The notes beneath the pieces are model-generated. The model worked only from the letters and a program-made list of their open reading frames with translations. It did not search any database and was not told the origin of the DNA. A program made the position numbers and the translations under genes. Below, in pieces: positions 13,596 through 28,262 of a DNA stretch of 64,000 nt. Positions within the stretch are counted from its first letter, which is position 1, and every line of letters starts with the position of its first letter. The stretch is from Eledone cirrhosa (taxonomy: Eukaryota), in contig OZ024742.1 of assembly GCA_964016885.1 (NCBI GenBank), positions 38,688,001-38,752,000 of the forward strand. Reading direction: 5' to 3'.

Positions 13596-14262
13596 TCAAA
13601 GTACATCATGCCTCATAGGTAGATAGTACCGCGATGACATCTTTTGACAGCTGCTGATGACATGGGTGATATCATCGATGTTAGTTCTGCAGAGTCTGCA
13701 CTTGTTATCACATCTAGGTGTTTTGCCTGCATCCCTATCTCTTTTGTGAATCAAGTATTTCGTGTTAATCTCCTGTTCTTTGATTGCAAAAGCGTATCCT
13801 TCAAAGTGGGAGCCAATATAGCGGTTGTTGGTCCAAGATAGATTACTTTCCTTATCTATATTACTCTCACTCTGGAGCTTCCTGGCAACATATCCATGCA
13901 TGATTTTTTGCTGATAAGTATGCAGATTTTCATCCATGGATTCACTGCGATACTGCTGAGCGACTTCCCTGGGTGTGAGTTTTTGATTATCACACAGGGA
14001 ATATCTCTCAAGGAGTTCCTTCCCAACTCTCATGATCTTATCTGTTTCATGCAGATAGACTTGCTCGAGAAACGGGCTCCTACGCTTCGAGGTTCGTAGA
14101 TGTTGTCGGAGAGATATGATGCGACATTCAAATGTTGTCTGGACTGATGTTAGGCCTCTGCCTCCCTGCTTACGTTTCAAGTAAAGGCGGTCTATGTCAC
14201 TGTTGATGTGGAAGTTTCCGGTGTTGTTTAGTATTTTTTGAGTTCCAACATCAACTGCTCGG
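13596..14262 (-). mobile_element. R4/Dong-like (RLE-type) non-LTR retrotransposon fragment, post-RT region and zinc knuckle
   Basis: RLYLKRKQGGRGL...KIMHG...EQEINTK...CRLCRTNIDDITHVISSC...RHD; adjoins (TACA)n. Confidence 0.85.
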
Positions 14263-14644
14263 ATGTATGTATGTATGTATGTATGTATGTATGTATGTAT
14301 GTATGTATGTATGTATGTATGTATGTATGTATGTATGTATGTATACACACACACACATATATATATGTGTGTGTGTGTATCTGTGTTATCGAGTGTGTGT
14401 GGTTATGTGTTTTCATGACTTTGCTTTGCATCTGACATATCATCCTTATTTTACATCCACCTTCCATATTAGCATATGTTGGACAGAAAGACCATATCTT
14501 GTTCATACGTTCCATATTTGGCATGGTTTATATGACATGTAAGTGTCATATAAACCATGACATATGGTTTATATGACACTTTATATGTCATATAAACTAT
14601 GACATATGTCTGGATGCCCTTTCTAACACCAACGACCTTATGTA

Positions 14645-14915
14645 GACTGGGTGCATTTTGCTGTGGCATCACCACTACCATTTTACAGAGCGTATTGGGT
14701 GCATTTTACTGTGGCACCACCATTACCATTTTACAGAGCGTACTGGGTGCATTTTACTGTGGCACCACCACTACCATTTTACAGGGCGTACTGGGTGTAT
14801 TTTAGTGTGGCACCACCACTACCATTTTACAGAGCGTACTGGGTGCATTTTTCTGTGGCACCACCACAACGGTTTTACAAAGCATACTGGGTGCATTTTA
14901 CTGTGGCACCACCAC
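14645..14915 (+). repeat. 48-bp minisatellite, about 5.5 copies
   Basis: Unit actgggtgcattttactgtggcaccaccactaccattttacagagcgt. Confidence 0.9.
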
Positions 14916-15021
14916 TAGAGAGGTTGTTATATGCTTAGTGAGATTAAAGACATCTCTGTGGCCTATATTGTCGTTATTTGATTATGGCACCAACGTTGTC
15001 TGGGTCTGTTCACTCATTCAC

Positions 15022-15576
15022 TTCTTCTTCTTCTTCTTCTTCTTCTTCGTCCACTTATTCCCGAGAAGGTCGTGGTGGAAGAGTGCTCAAACATTCCTTC
15101 CAGCAGGTCCTATCAGAAGCAACCGTATCCAACTGATCCGGCTGGATCCCCAAGTGAGACCAGCCAAACTGATGGATGTTATCCAACCATCTTGCTCGGG
15201 GTCTACCCTGGATCTCCTGCCAGTTTGTTTTGCCCGTAGAATCTGTCCAACGATTCCTTCCTGAAACATTCTGACCACATGTCTGTAATTTCGGAGCTGC
15301 GATCTCTCAATTCGGAGAAGTAGCGGCTTTAGCCGGAGTGTCTATCTTATCTCCGATTTACGCACTTTTATTGAGTAACATTACTTTAAAGACCCTTCGG
15401 AGGAATCCCATTTCGGCCACTTGTATTCGTGATCGTATTCTTTCGGTCATTACCCAAAATTCATGACCATATTTAAGGGTTAGCACAAAAACCGAAATGA
15501 AGATAACGAGTTTGGCTTTTACACCTATCTCCCTTCTGATTATTGAATGCTGAAGCTGGCGCATTACAGCAAACAA
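15022..15576 (-). mobile_element. RTE LINE 3' fragment with (GAA)n tail (related piece about 21690-21870)
   Basis: LKYGHEFWVMTERIRSRIQVAEMGFLRRV; GHVVRM...GRRSR; (ttc)n on plus. Confidence 0.85.
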
Positions 15577-15841
15577 AAATCCAGCGTTTCAGTGGTTTCG
15601 TGTCCGAAGATCACTATCTTAATTAAAAAACAAAGGTTGGAATGATAAAAGGCATCCAACCATAGTAGTAGAATGTTTGGTAGTAAAATATATGGTAGTA
15701 AAATGAAGGATATCTCTAACAATAAAAAAAAAAAAAAATTAAAATCAGTAAATTAAGTGTATGATATCGTAAGTGGCTAAAGTGTAAAAGAGTTGTATTA
15801 AAACTATTAGCCAATGTATCCAAGAGATATAACTGGATAAT

Positions 15842-16020
15842 AATTGTTTCTACTTTTGTCTCAAGGCCAGCAATTATTCCAGTGTATTACTGGTACTTTA
15901 TTTTATCGACCCCGTAAGGATGAAAGGCAAAATTAACCTCGGCGGGATTTGAACTCAGACCATAAAGGGCCGTAACTCTTTGCTGCGTCAGACCCGCTTC
16001 TAGCACTGCCAATCCACCAC
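15842..16020 (-). mobile_element. Main-family SINE
   Basis: Reverse complement of the SINE consensus; further copies at 17695-17815(+), 19135-19320(-), 22437-22592(+), 28280-28470(-), 34397-34553(-), 39912-40068(-), 44071-44237(+), 61830-62007(+). Confidence 0.85.
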
Positions 16021-16368
16021 TCTGGATAACAACGTATTCAAGGGAGATAACTGGATAACATCGCCCTAGAGACTTATCAGGCTGGAGTTTATTCCACTTA
16101 CATGTCATTACCCTATTTATTACTAAACCACATGAAACTGACGCTGGTTTTAAGTTACAAAACAGTTTTAAAGTGTCTATATTTATATCTAAAAACCTTC
16201 CATCATAATTTTAAGTAAGTTCATTTGTTAAATTATGTTCCAAACACTAATTTGATGATGAAAAAATTCATATAATAAATCCAACCAAATTCTGAATTTT
16301 CATAACTATAAAAAAAAAACTTAGGCAGTGACTTTCATTAGAAATATGGCAAAGAAGAGGTTAAGCAA

Positions 16369-16461
<93 letters not shown>

Positions 16462-16555
16462 ATCACACTCTGCTCTGTAAGAACATAGAGTGCTTAACTG
16501 GCATGCCGTCTATGGAAGCATCACAGCTACGATTAAACACACACATATATATATG

Positions 16556-17085
<530 letters not shown>

Positions 17086-17106
17086 TGTATATATATATAT
17101 ATATAT

Positions 17107-17427
17107 GATCAAAGATTAATATGGTTCATTGATTACTCAATGAATATAGTTTTACAATAGATTAAAAGCACTCTACAAAGTAGTTTTCTGGAGTTATTAA
17201 TATTATTTAAAATATTAATAAATGAAGACATTCACATAATCAAAATATATGTTTTATTATATATATTTCGAAGGTACTGTGCTGTTTTTTCAGTACGTCC
17301 TCGTCAGATAAAATACATGTATTTTATCTGACGAGGACGTACTGAAAAAATACCACAGTACCTTCGAAATATATATAATAAAACATATATTTTGATTATG
17401 TGAATGTCTTCATTTATTAATATTTTG

Positions 17428-17432
<5 letters not shown>
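17107..17432. mobile_element. Zero-spacer palindromic PLE derivative with back-to-back hammerheads
   Basis: Palindrome centred on acatgt (17315-17320), arms about 115 bp; the tail resembles that of the 5932 family. Confidence 0.85.
17317..17386 (+). ncRNA. Type I hammerhead ribozyme (mirror copy on minus)
   Basis: UUUUAU-CUGACGA-GGA.GUACUG/CAGUAC.UUC-GAA-AUAUAUAU-A-AUAAAA. Confidence 0.75.
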
Positions 17433-17494
<62 letters not shown>

Positions 17495-18618
17495 TTGTAG
17501 GTTTACCAAAGCGAGCACTCGATGCGTAGCTTCCTGTAAGTATATAAGTGTAGTACTAAACAGAGTGTAATAGAAATAATAAAAAGATCGATACAGATCG
17601 AACATTGAAATGATCAATCGCGAAACGCGTGTCACTACTCAATAAACGTAATGAAGACTTAACTGCTTGTCCTTTTTATTATTAATATATATGCCATTCT
17701 GAGTTCAAATTCCGCCGAGGTTAACTTTGCCGTTCATCCTTACGGGGTCGATAAAATAAAGTACCAGTAATGTACTGGCTAATTGCTGGCCTTGTGCCAA
17801 TAGTAGAAACAATTATTAATATATATATTAATAATAATAATAATAATAAAAAAAACATATATGGAGGCCGATAAGATAAAGTACCAGTAATGCATTGAGG
17901 TCGATTTAATCGACTTTTCCTTTCCTTTTAAATTGCTGGAATACGTAATAGAGTAATTATTTAATATAAAATAATACAAGGGAAATAATTAAAAAAACAT
18001 ACCTAAAGTGTCCTCCCTTGATAAAAAATAACAAAACAGTTTTGAATAAAGCGGAAAACGAGGACGTACATACACAGTCACACATACAGACATACGCAAA
18101 CACATGTAGAGATACCCCGACACACACTCATACGCACAAACGCGCGTGCGCATCGCATCTGTGTTTTTAAGAAGTTTGCTGCACCGCCGCTTCTTTGCAG
18201 CTTCGATCCCATTTCCCCATGGTTTCTACTGTAGCCGGAAATTGAGTTCCAAGTGAAATATCGTAGACGGAAACTCTGCGGAAGCCCTTTGTATTTGGGG
18301 TATGCATCTAACAGCATGCCTGTCTTTGTTTATATACATCGTTGTAAATCGATGTGCGAAATTACACCCTTTTGCGTCAAAAGTTAAATTAGTCAATCGA
18401 TAAATGGGGATCAATAACATAAATCCTGGGTTTGATATTACCAACTAAGCCTCTTGAAAGTGCATTTCTAAAACGACCGCAATCTATTGACTCTCTAAAT
18501 TCCCCACTTTAATATTAATTTTCATCAGACATATTTTTTGTTTTATATGTCGAAATAGTATATTACTGTTAGTAACAGAATAATAAGCCTTGTGTGTTCA
18601 TATATTCATTCATATATA

Positions 18619-18721
18619 CAGGGTGAACCCAAACAAAATGTATACACACTTCAACAGCATTCTAATAAATATTGCCTGTTCCGGTAATCAAAGTGTGTGT
18701 ACATTTTTGGGGAACACCCTG
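18619..18721. mobile_element. Tc1/mariner-type MITE
   Basis: TA|cagggtg..ccc.aaaatgta.acacactt ... aagtgtgtgtacattttt.ggg..caccctg|TA terminal inverted repeats with TA duplication. Confidence 0.8.
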
Positions 18722-20509
18722 TATATCTATCTCTAATCTATAAACATGCACACACACATGTACACACACACACACGATGCATTTCCCATCTCAGTTATGT
18801 TGCTACAACAATAAGTTCACTTTCCATTAACAGGGTCCAGGGTTCTAACTCTGCATTTGTCCTGTTAAATAGTTATAAAAAGTTACTCACAAATTTAATC
18901 CTGTACGCCTTTTGTTCATAGTTACGGGACATTTCTGTAATTATATCCTAGAAATTATCAAAGTATCATTCTTATCTTTAATCACTTCAATGTGTCAGTA
19001 ATCAACATAAACTATAGGGTTTCTCTTATGAAAACCATTAATTTATCAAAATGTAAATTTCCCACTTTGTATGATTCTCATATATTTAGTAATCCTAATA
19101 TATAGTACACCAATGCTGACACTAATAATAATGATTTCTACTTTTGGCACAAGGTCAGGAATTATCCCAGTGTATTACTGGTACTTTATTTTATCGACCC
19201 CGTAAGGATGAAAGGCAAAGTTAACCTCGGCGTGATTTGAACTCAAATCGTAAAGGTCCGTAACTCCATGCGACAAAGCATGGCGTCCGACCCTCTAACG
19301 ATACTGCCAATCCACCACACTAATAATAATACGTGCCTACTAGTTGAATAATATTAGTAAAGGCAACGAATTCATAGATAAAAGTACTCTAAGGTATTTG
19401 CTCTGGCTTTCTGTGCTCCAAGTTTAAATCCCGCCGTATTCAACTTTGACTTCAATCCAGTCAAGGGCGGCGGAAAGGTCGAATTGTTAGTTTCGGAAGC
19501 GATGTGTTGTGGCATTTCTTTTGACCATTTGTGTTCTGAGATCGTCCACGATGAGTTGCTGCCAAGCTGTATCAACCTTTGCTTTTTCCATGGATATCCT
19601 CAATGCATACAAGAACAGTTATTGGTGTTTTATAGAACACCTTTCTGAGGCTTGCATCGTGGAGAGAAACTTTCGAAATGGAAACTCATGGCTAGCTATG
19701 GCTGAAGGGACTCCCGCAAAGAATTAGTAGAGTTTGAGAGAAAGATGGTGATGGCAGTAATTTTAGGACAGATCTGTACCAACAAATATGTATAAAAAGT
19801 GAAACACACGGGATGTTAACGTATTTCAAAAAGAACTTTTTAACGTTGTGGGTAGAACCATTTGTTGGAGACTAGAAGCAAATAGAAACGGATTTCAAAT
19901 ATATTTATTGGTGGTTAATTTCTTGCTGTTTAGTTTCATACAAACCCAGATTGAGTAGAAATATAATTAAAGGGATTCTAGTCACGGCCACTCCGGTTGT
20001 AATTAAATATAGAACTATATTATCCAATGTATTTCCTTTTTTTTTTTTTTAAAGATTTTTAGGGAATTTTATGACCTCTGCGAATGCTCCTTCATTTAGC
20101 TTCGACATTATCGAGTGGCTAATCTGCTACTGAATGAGGAATATATACTGGTATTCAACCAAATAACCTGCTAGGGGATATAAAGTATTTATTCTTTGGT
20201 GGGAATTGTTTTTTGTTTTAGTTTATTTTTCTTTGATTTTGACCGATCTGACATCTGACTCACTCGCCAATGACGTCTTTTCCGAAAACGGATGAGGAGA
20301 TGGAGGGGGGGGGGACCCTCGCAGTTACAGTTAATCACCTCTCAGCCGTTTACGTTTTATAGAAAAGCATCTGCTGGGGATCGCTGATATATCTTATTTT
20401 TTCCTATTATTTTCGTACGTTTTCAACCAATCTGACTTCTGATATGCTCGCAATCGACCTTTTCCCGAAAACCGAATGGTAGTGGAGGTGGGGTGAGGGA
20501 AGGGAACCT

Positions 20510-21440
20510 ATAAAGTATGTGTACAAATAGGTCTACAAGGGTTCCGATGCTGCCATGTTTCCGCTACAACAACGGACGATATATCAGCAGTAACGAAACA
20601 TTTTGACGCATTTTTCGATTCCTAATTCAAGCCCATTTCCCACCGGTGCAAAAACTCGACGTCCATTTGGAAAATAAACGTGTGCATTTTACAGCTCAAA
20701 ACACAGCCCAACAAGCCATAGACCAAGAAAGACTTATTTGAAGAATTGACAACTTTGCACGAACTCCACTATACGGATAAATACCCTCCCACTACGTTCT
20801 TGATAAACAGAGAGGAAAATGGAACCAGCACACAAGGAAGACCAGTAGAAAATCATCCTGAAATTCGTAAAGCAGCAACACTGGGTAGGATTTACACAAT
20901 ACATTTAGGGCAGCACGAATGTTTTCCCTTGAGGATGTTGCTTAATGAAGTTAGAAGCCCTCAAGGCTTTGATGAACTTCTACAGTGAATGGAGCTGTTT
21001 GTAACACTTATCAAGAGCTCAGCATGCTGAGAGGTCTGTCGGAAGACGACAATCAATGGGATGCAATACTTGCTGAGGTGTCTCTACCTCGGACCACCAA
21101 CAGTATTCGAAATTTGTTCGCAATTATATTAAAAATATTGTGATAGCCAATCCATTGGTGCTTTGGCTGAAGTGTAGGGATGACATGTCCGAGGACAACA
21201 AACACAAAGCAGAATTGAGAAACCTTCACATAGAAGTAACTTTTTCAGACGAACACAGCTTTGATCGAGATTGAAGACAAATTGGCAGAAATAGATGAAC
21301 GTGCTCTGATAGAAAATTTTATGGCCTAAAGGGTGAAACTGGGCGAGAAACCTCATACAACATAGAAGACCTCGTCTCCTATATTAACAAAAACAAGCCA
21401 AAACTACTAGATGACGTAAAAGCAGTATATAACATTATAC
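20510..21440 (+). pseudogene. Degenerate Helitron Rep-helicase fragment
   Basis: GRPVENHPEIRKAATLGRIYTIH..QHECF.LRMLLNEVRSPQGFDEL parallels the 47008-47772 peptide. Confidence 0.8.
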
Positions 21441-23351
21441 TTTGTTGTAAGACACCGTCTTCAAGAGGTGTTGGATTCCAGAATAGTGATTTATTCAGTT
21501 AAGATTGACTTAGTTTGATTTACTTTTACCTTTGGGTTTGATTAACATTCAGGTTGGACAAATTTCTTTCTTTTTTACTTTTAACTCTTTGGATAAACCC
21601 CCTCGATACCAAACCACCAGAAACCGCCACTGGTTTCATGATACAAACATTGTTTATTTTAAAGTGTTTATCTTCTCCTTGTGAGGGTCGTGGGGGAAGA
21701 GTCCTCAAACACTTCTTCCAGCAGTTTCTATCAGAAGCAACTGTCTCCACTTAATCCCGCTGGATCCCCAAGCGAAACCAGCCGAGCTCATGGATGTTAG
21801 TTATCCAACCATCTTGTTCGGGGTCTACATTCTAACTACATGCCCGTAATATCGGAGCTGTGATCTCTAAATTAGTTTTTAAAGTGTTATATTTGTATAA
21901 AAACCTTCAATCATAATTTCATGTGAGAATATTTGGGGCAACTTGAAATCGAATTCGTGACCTTATGATTGTGAGTCAAATACACTAACCATTAAGCCAC
22001 GTGACCTCACAAAATGAATGAATGAATAAATTGAAAATGATAATCAAGCTGATAAACATCATAAATCAACGACCTCCCATCTATGATAATTTGCTTTAAG
22101 CGTTGAACCGTCGCCATTAATATATATTTGAAGAGGCCAGCCTGTGATAGCAAACTGCCCTAGAAATATTAAGATAAAGTCGTTCTTAAAACACTGTTTA
22201 TGTAGACTGCTGCTTATCTCTGCCACGGGTGGCTTAACAACGATAGCAGTAGCTTACATAGCTAAAGATAACGACCGGCTTGATGATAATGATAATGATC
22301 ATGATGATCATTTTCCCCTTTCACATCTATCTTATCTCGTTCAAAGTATCCTGCATCCTGTAAATTAAATGAACGCAGTTTCGGGGATGATATAGAGGCA
22401 TTTACCCAGCTGCGAATTAATATAAAATAACTCACAGGATTGGCAGTATCGGTAGAGGGTCTGACGCCATGCTTTTCAGCAAAAGAGTTACGGTCCTTTA
22501 TAGTCTGAATTCAAATCCCGCCGAGGTCGATAAAATAAAGTACCAGTAATACACTGGGAAAATTGCTGGCCTTGTGCCAAAAGTAGAAACATTTATACTC
22601 GTCAAAAAATGATGGGTGTACATTAAAACATATTCCTTGATTAGATATAACATTCTATGTGAAAACGTTTGAATTCCTGAGTTTTCCCCGACCTTCGTCA
22701 TTTTCAGTATGTCGCCACAATCACTCGATGGCACCACCCTCCCGTATTAGAGACCGCCAGTAGAAGTTTTGGGATGAGTCAGCTGTAAAAGGTCAGGTTA
22801 GACCAGGTAATTTTCATAGCTTACTATCTGATCCCTCCATTCCTGCTAACTTGAGCGGTACAATCACTAGAGATTTGCAAAATAAGGCTAGCCTTACATT
22901 TTGACCCACAAAGAAAAGGGATATAATGAAACATTGCAATGCAATTTGTCTAGCGCTCTATCGATCCTGTCAACTACTATTCTTATTGGCATAAGGCTGC
23001 AAAAGCTGGGGAACATGTATATTATAATACTGTTCTTGACTGGTAAGTGATTTTATGTAACTAGGTCGCAAGGCAAAGTTGACCAAGAACGGATTATAAT
23101 GCTAGTGGTATTAAATCACAACAATAGATGCGTTGTTATAGGCATTAACAAGAGAGAGAGATAATCATTATATGAGAACACAGAGACAGAATTCCCTAGT
23201 TTCTACCATTGCAATACAGACGATTAGACCAAGTGCTATTAATTCATGGTCCCGACGGCAGGAATGGGATTTCAACTGAGAATTAAGAATTTTGCCTGCC
23301 CCGCTCAGTTGATTTTGCAACCCACTGACCCGACCCCCACCCCAATAGTAA

Positions 23352-24192
23352 TGGTTTCTAATTTAGGCACAGCAGTTTTGAGGAAGAGGAAAGTCAATTA
23401 AATCGATCCTAGTATTTCTTTGGTACATTATTTTAACGATTCCGGAAAGATGATAAGTAAAATTGACCCCGACGGGATTTGAACTCGGAACGTAAAGAGC
23501 CGGAACATATACCACAAATCATTTCCCCGACGCTCTAACGATTCTGCCAATCAACCCGCTTCAAGGATTTCTAAGTTAGGCATGAAGCCGACACATTTGG
23601 AAGCGAGAGAGGGAAAATCGATTAAATTGACCCCAGTACTTGGCCGCTATTTTATTTTATCGATTCCGAAATGGTGAAAGGTAAAGTTGACCTCAGGGAG
23701 ATTTGAAATCAGAACATAAAGATTCGGAACAAATACCGCAAAGCATTTTGTGAGACACATTAACGATTCTGCCAATCTTCCCCCTCTCACCCCAAATAAT
23801 CGTTTCTACTTTTGGCACAAGGCCAGCAATTATCCCAGTGCATTACTGGTACTTTATTTTATCGTCCCCGGAAGGATGAAAGGCAAAGTTAACCTCGGCG
23901 AGATTTGAACTCAGAACGTAAAGGGCCACAACTCTATGCTGCAAAGCATGGTGTCTGACGCTCTACCGATACTGTCAATATCCACCGCCCAAATAATGGT
24001 TTCTGATTTAGGCACAAGGCCTACAGTTTTTGGGGGAGGGGAAAGTCGATTAAATCGACCCTAGTGCGTTATTGGTATTTTATTTTATCGACCTCGTAAG
24101 GATGAAAGGCAAAGCTAACCTCGGTGGGATTTGAACTCAGAACCTTAAGGATCGTAACTGGATGCAGTAACAATTCTGCCAATTCACTGCCC
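23352..24192 (-). mobile_element. Cluster of four head-to-tail SINE copies
   Basis: Units at about 23352-23555, 23566-23780, 23800-23990 and 23996-24192, each with atttgaa.tc(a/g)gaac and ctg(c/t)caat. Confidence 0.8.
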
Positions 24193-24944
24193 TGCTAATT
24201 GTAAAGTTTTCCGTGGCACCCGGCCTGGTCGCACAACATGTTAGAAATAGCAGCCAAATATCCTTCAATTCCTATCTTAAAACGTTTGAAATGATATAGC
24301 GCAAAGTACACAATACCTGGATAAAAAGTGGTATGTTCAAGTTTGATCCAGGTTTGTTCAATGGAGTTGCAGATCGATACTGGAGTCGGGTACATAACTT
24401 CTATGGGTGAACTTGAGCCAATCCTCCGCGATGCGCGTAACAGGTCGATACACAAGAAAAACCTAAATACATGTAAACGAAACTTCATAGTTTTTCTTAA
24501 AATATACACTATGCCTGCGCATCGAGTGCTTATATTGGAACCCCCACCTGTATTTCACAGAACCACATACACTATATATATATATATATGTATGTATGTA
24601 ATAGAAAGTTCGTATTTCTAAAGAAATACGTTATGTTTACAGGTAAACATTTAGAAAGCCGTAACTATGCATAAAACACCGGGGCTACCGCCCTCTATTG
24701 GTGTCCAACAGAAGCAAGGGGGACAATCGCCGATGCATTTCAGACGATCACTTGCGACTGCTGGACTTAAAAACAGTCGAGAATATATAATTTTCTCGTC
24801 TGTGTAAATGAGGTGATTAATCTCATTTGCATAGGAAGCTGCATAAGTTGGCTCAACTTATAATAGAATAAAATTAGGATTTAGCTTCAGGCATAGCTGT
24901 ATACAGATATGTACCGAATTTTCGTATTTCTAAAGAAACACATG

Positions 24945-24996
<52 letters not shown>

Positions 24997-24998
24997 CA

Positions 24999-25069
<71 letters not shown>

Positions 25070-25349
25070 ATGAAATCGAAAATGCAACTGGAGTGTTATT
25101 TAAAAAAATATATATATATTTATTTGGTTCCTTTACCGGTTTCGCAGTTCTTCTGCTTTTCAAATTTTCAAAAGTAGAGTTGAGATGGAGGGTCTGTGGT
25201 TTTTCTCACATCATTCATATATATATATATATGAATGTTTTGCAAGGTTTTTGATATGAAATCGTGTGTCGAAACAAATATTGGTATACTTGGGAGGGTC
25301 ATATTGTTATAATATTGCCAGAAATATGAGCCTCCCCTATATATATATA

Positions 25350-25455
<106 letters not shown>

Positions 25456-25456
25456 A

Positions 25457-25553
<97 letters not shown>

Positions 25554-25640
25554 CATATATATATATATATATATACATATGTATATATATATATATATAC
25601 ATTTATACATATATATATACATAGTCATATATATATATAC

Positions 25641-25675
<35 letters not shown>

Positions 25676-25693
25676 TGTATATGTATATATATC

Positions 25694-25782
<89 letters not shown>

Positions 25783-26527
25783 ATGTGAGTATATACATAC
25801 ATATACATATATATATCTTTCGGACTTTGAAACGTTGAGAATATAGAATTAATGTAAAGGATGATGTGTTATAGCGCCCAATGGCAACTTCTTTTTCCGT
25901 CCTTTAAGACTGTTCACCCTGTTTTATAAGCTATTTTATAGCATCCCTGTGCATAAGCACATAATTTTTTACATTAATTATATATATATTTTTTTATTAT
26001 GTGTATAAAGTTAAAGTCTGTCCCAAGCTTGGTGAGCCGTCATGTCTGAGACTATCCCGGTTACATGAAGCAACTGGGAGTACAAGACATTCGCCTGGAC
26101 AAGACGCCAGTCCATCGAAGGGTTAACATCAAGCTACTGCTGGTTCCCATTTAAAGCTGAGCTGACTGGAGCAATGCGAAATGAAGTGTTTTACTTAAGA
26201 ACAATTACCAGTGTGGAGATGATGGATATCATCAGGCTGCATCCCTCGAACATATATATAGAGAGAGTCGGGCCCGATCGATACAGATCGAGCCTTGAGA
26301 TGATCAATCGCGAAACGCGCGTCACACCTCAATAAATGTATATACACACATATATATATATATGTATGTATCATTCACTTTTATAAAAAAACAAATCATA
26401 CACAAAACGCCAGCACTAACAGTTTTGCAAGAGATGTCAACATGAATGGACCTGTTATTTTTATCTAAAGAAATTTTTTCAAATTCGACCCCGCCCGTCC
26501 CCTTAATCTATTTTATTTCTCATTCTT

Positions 26528-26563
26528 TCTTCTGATGAAGGACTAGCGTCCGAAACGTTAAGA
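26528..26563 (+). ncRNA. Minimal type I hammerhead ribozyme in a PLE remnant
   Basis: UCUU-CUGAUGA-A-GGAC(uagc)GUCC-GAA-ACGU-U-AAGA; palindromic stem III as in PLE minimal (dimeric) hammerheads. Confidence 0.8.
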
Positions 26564-26741
26564 CCCTCTTCTTGTTATATCAAGCGTTAACTTTCCATAT
26601 ACTGTACCGATTGTGTTTTTATTTCTGTTTACCTTTTACACACACACGCACAGACACATATATATATATAAATGAAAAGTATAGAAATTATTGTGAGCGT
26701 GAAGCCAACAGTATTTCATAATATATAAGTGACTATAACGT

Positions 26742-26815
<74 letters not shown>

Positions 26816-26869
26816 TTTTACTCTTTTTCCTGTTCCAGTCATCAGGCTGAGGCCATGCTACGGCAACGC

Positions 26870-28262
26870 CCTTGTTGCTACACATTTTATCTCCAGCCTG
26901 TGTTGGCTGGCCACCGTTGCAAGAGGGAGTTCGTTGCTGGTGCGCTTAGGTTTCCCTCGTGCCTTGTTGTGGGCTCATCCGGGATCCTGGATAGCAGGGT
27001 GTCGAGATGTTTCTTGAAAACATCCACGTCCACACTATGCAGATCTCTCAGATCCCTTGGCAGCTTGTTGAAGAGTTGAGGGCCTTTGAACCCCGGGCTA
27101 TTGCAATATCTGCTCCTTATTCTAGATGTGGAAGACGGGATCTTTGGCACCACACAGTGACGTCCTGTTCGACGGTTGGTCCAGCTCCCAATGCCAAAGT
27201 TTGGTGCTAGTCTCTCCAGGATTTTCCATATGTATATCACTGCGTATCTCTCCCGTCTTCGTTCCAAGGAGTAGAGGTTCAGTTCTTTTAGCCTCTCCCA
27301 GTAGCTTATCTCCTTCATTGTGGCAATCCTCTTGGTGTAGCTTCGTTGGATTGCCTCAAGCTCCGTGGTTAGTTTGATACTATGGGGTGACCACAGCTGG
27401 GAGCAATAGTCCAGGGGGCTTAAGACAAATGTCCTCCACAGTGTCAACATGGTGTCTCGGTCTCTTGTCCGGAAAGACCTCAAGATCCAGCCAGCGAGTC
27501 GTCTGCACATTGTCGTCACTTTCATGATGTGTGAGGAAAAAGATGCATCATCGCTCATGTCTATACCCAGGTTTCGTATCGATTTCGACACGGGGATATC
27601 GGTCCTTCCTGATCCGGCGTAACTGTGTTGTACTGTATTTGTGTTTGCAGGTTTGTATTGTAGGGCTTGGAATGTGCAAGCATTAAACTGCACGTTGTTG
27701 TCTTCCGCCCATTTGTATATGGCATCCAGATCTTGTTGTAAAAGGGCAGCGTCAGCCGGGTTTTTGATTGCCTGTGCTACCTTAGTGACATCAGCATAGC
27801 TAGTGAGGGATGTTGTATGTACTACAGAGGGCATGTCTGAGAGAACCACCAAAAACAGTAGTGGTCCCAAGACTGTGCCTTGGGGCACCCCACTTGTTAT
27901 TGATGTTTCCCTCGAGAGGGCCCCATTTGCTGCGACTGCCTGGCTTCTGTCCTTTAAGAAGTCATACAGCCACTCACCTACTTTTCCAGGTATGCCGAGT
28001 CCGTGTAGTTTGTGACATATTATTCCGTGGTCGACCTTGTCAAAGGCCTTCGCTAAGTCAAAATATATCACGTCCACATGTGAACTGTCTAGCAGTTGAG
28101 TTGTTTCAGTACCCAGTCGTAGTGATGTAGCAGCTGCGTAAGGCAGCTTCTTCATGGGCGAAAGCCATGCTGCGTGCTAGTCAGGCGGTCATTTTCCTCG
28201 AAGAAAGTGATCAGTTTCTTTCTGATGATTCGCTCCATGACCTTAGTGGTATGTGACGTCAG
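26870..28262 (-). mobile_element. CR1/L2-group LINE ORF2 reverse transcriptase, 5' truncated (related remnant about 61570-61760)
   Basis: QHGFRP, DVIYFDLAKAFDKVDH, SGVPQGTVLGPLLFL, YADVTK, LDYCSQLWSP, LYSLERRRER. Confidence 0.92.

Noticed and set aside
14645-14915. CRISPR-like array
   Set aside because: Contiguous tandem units without unique spacers, no cas genes, eukaryotic context.
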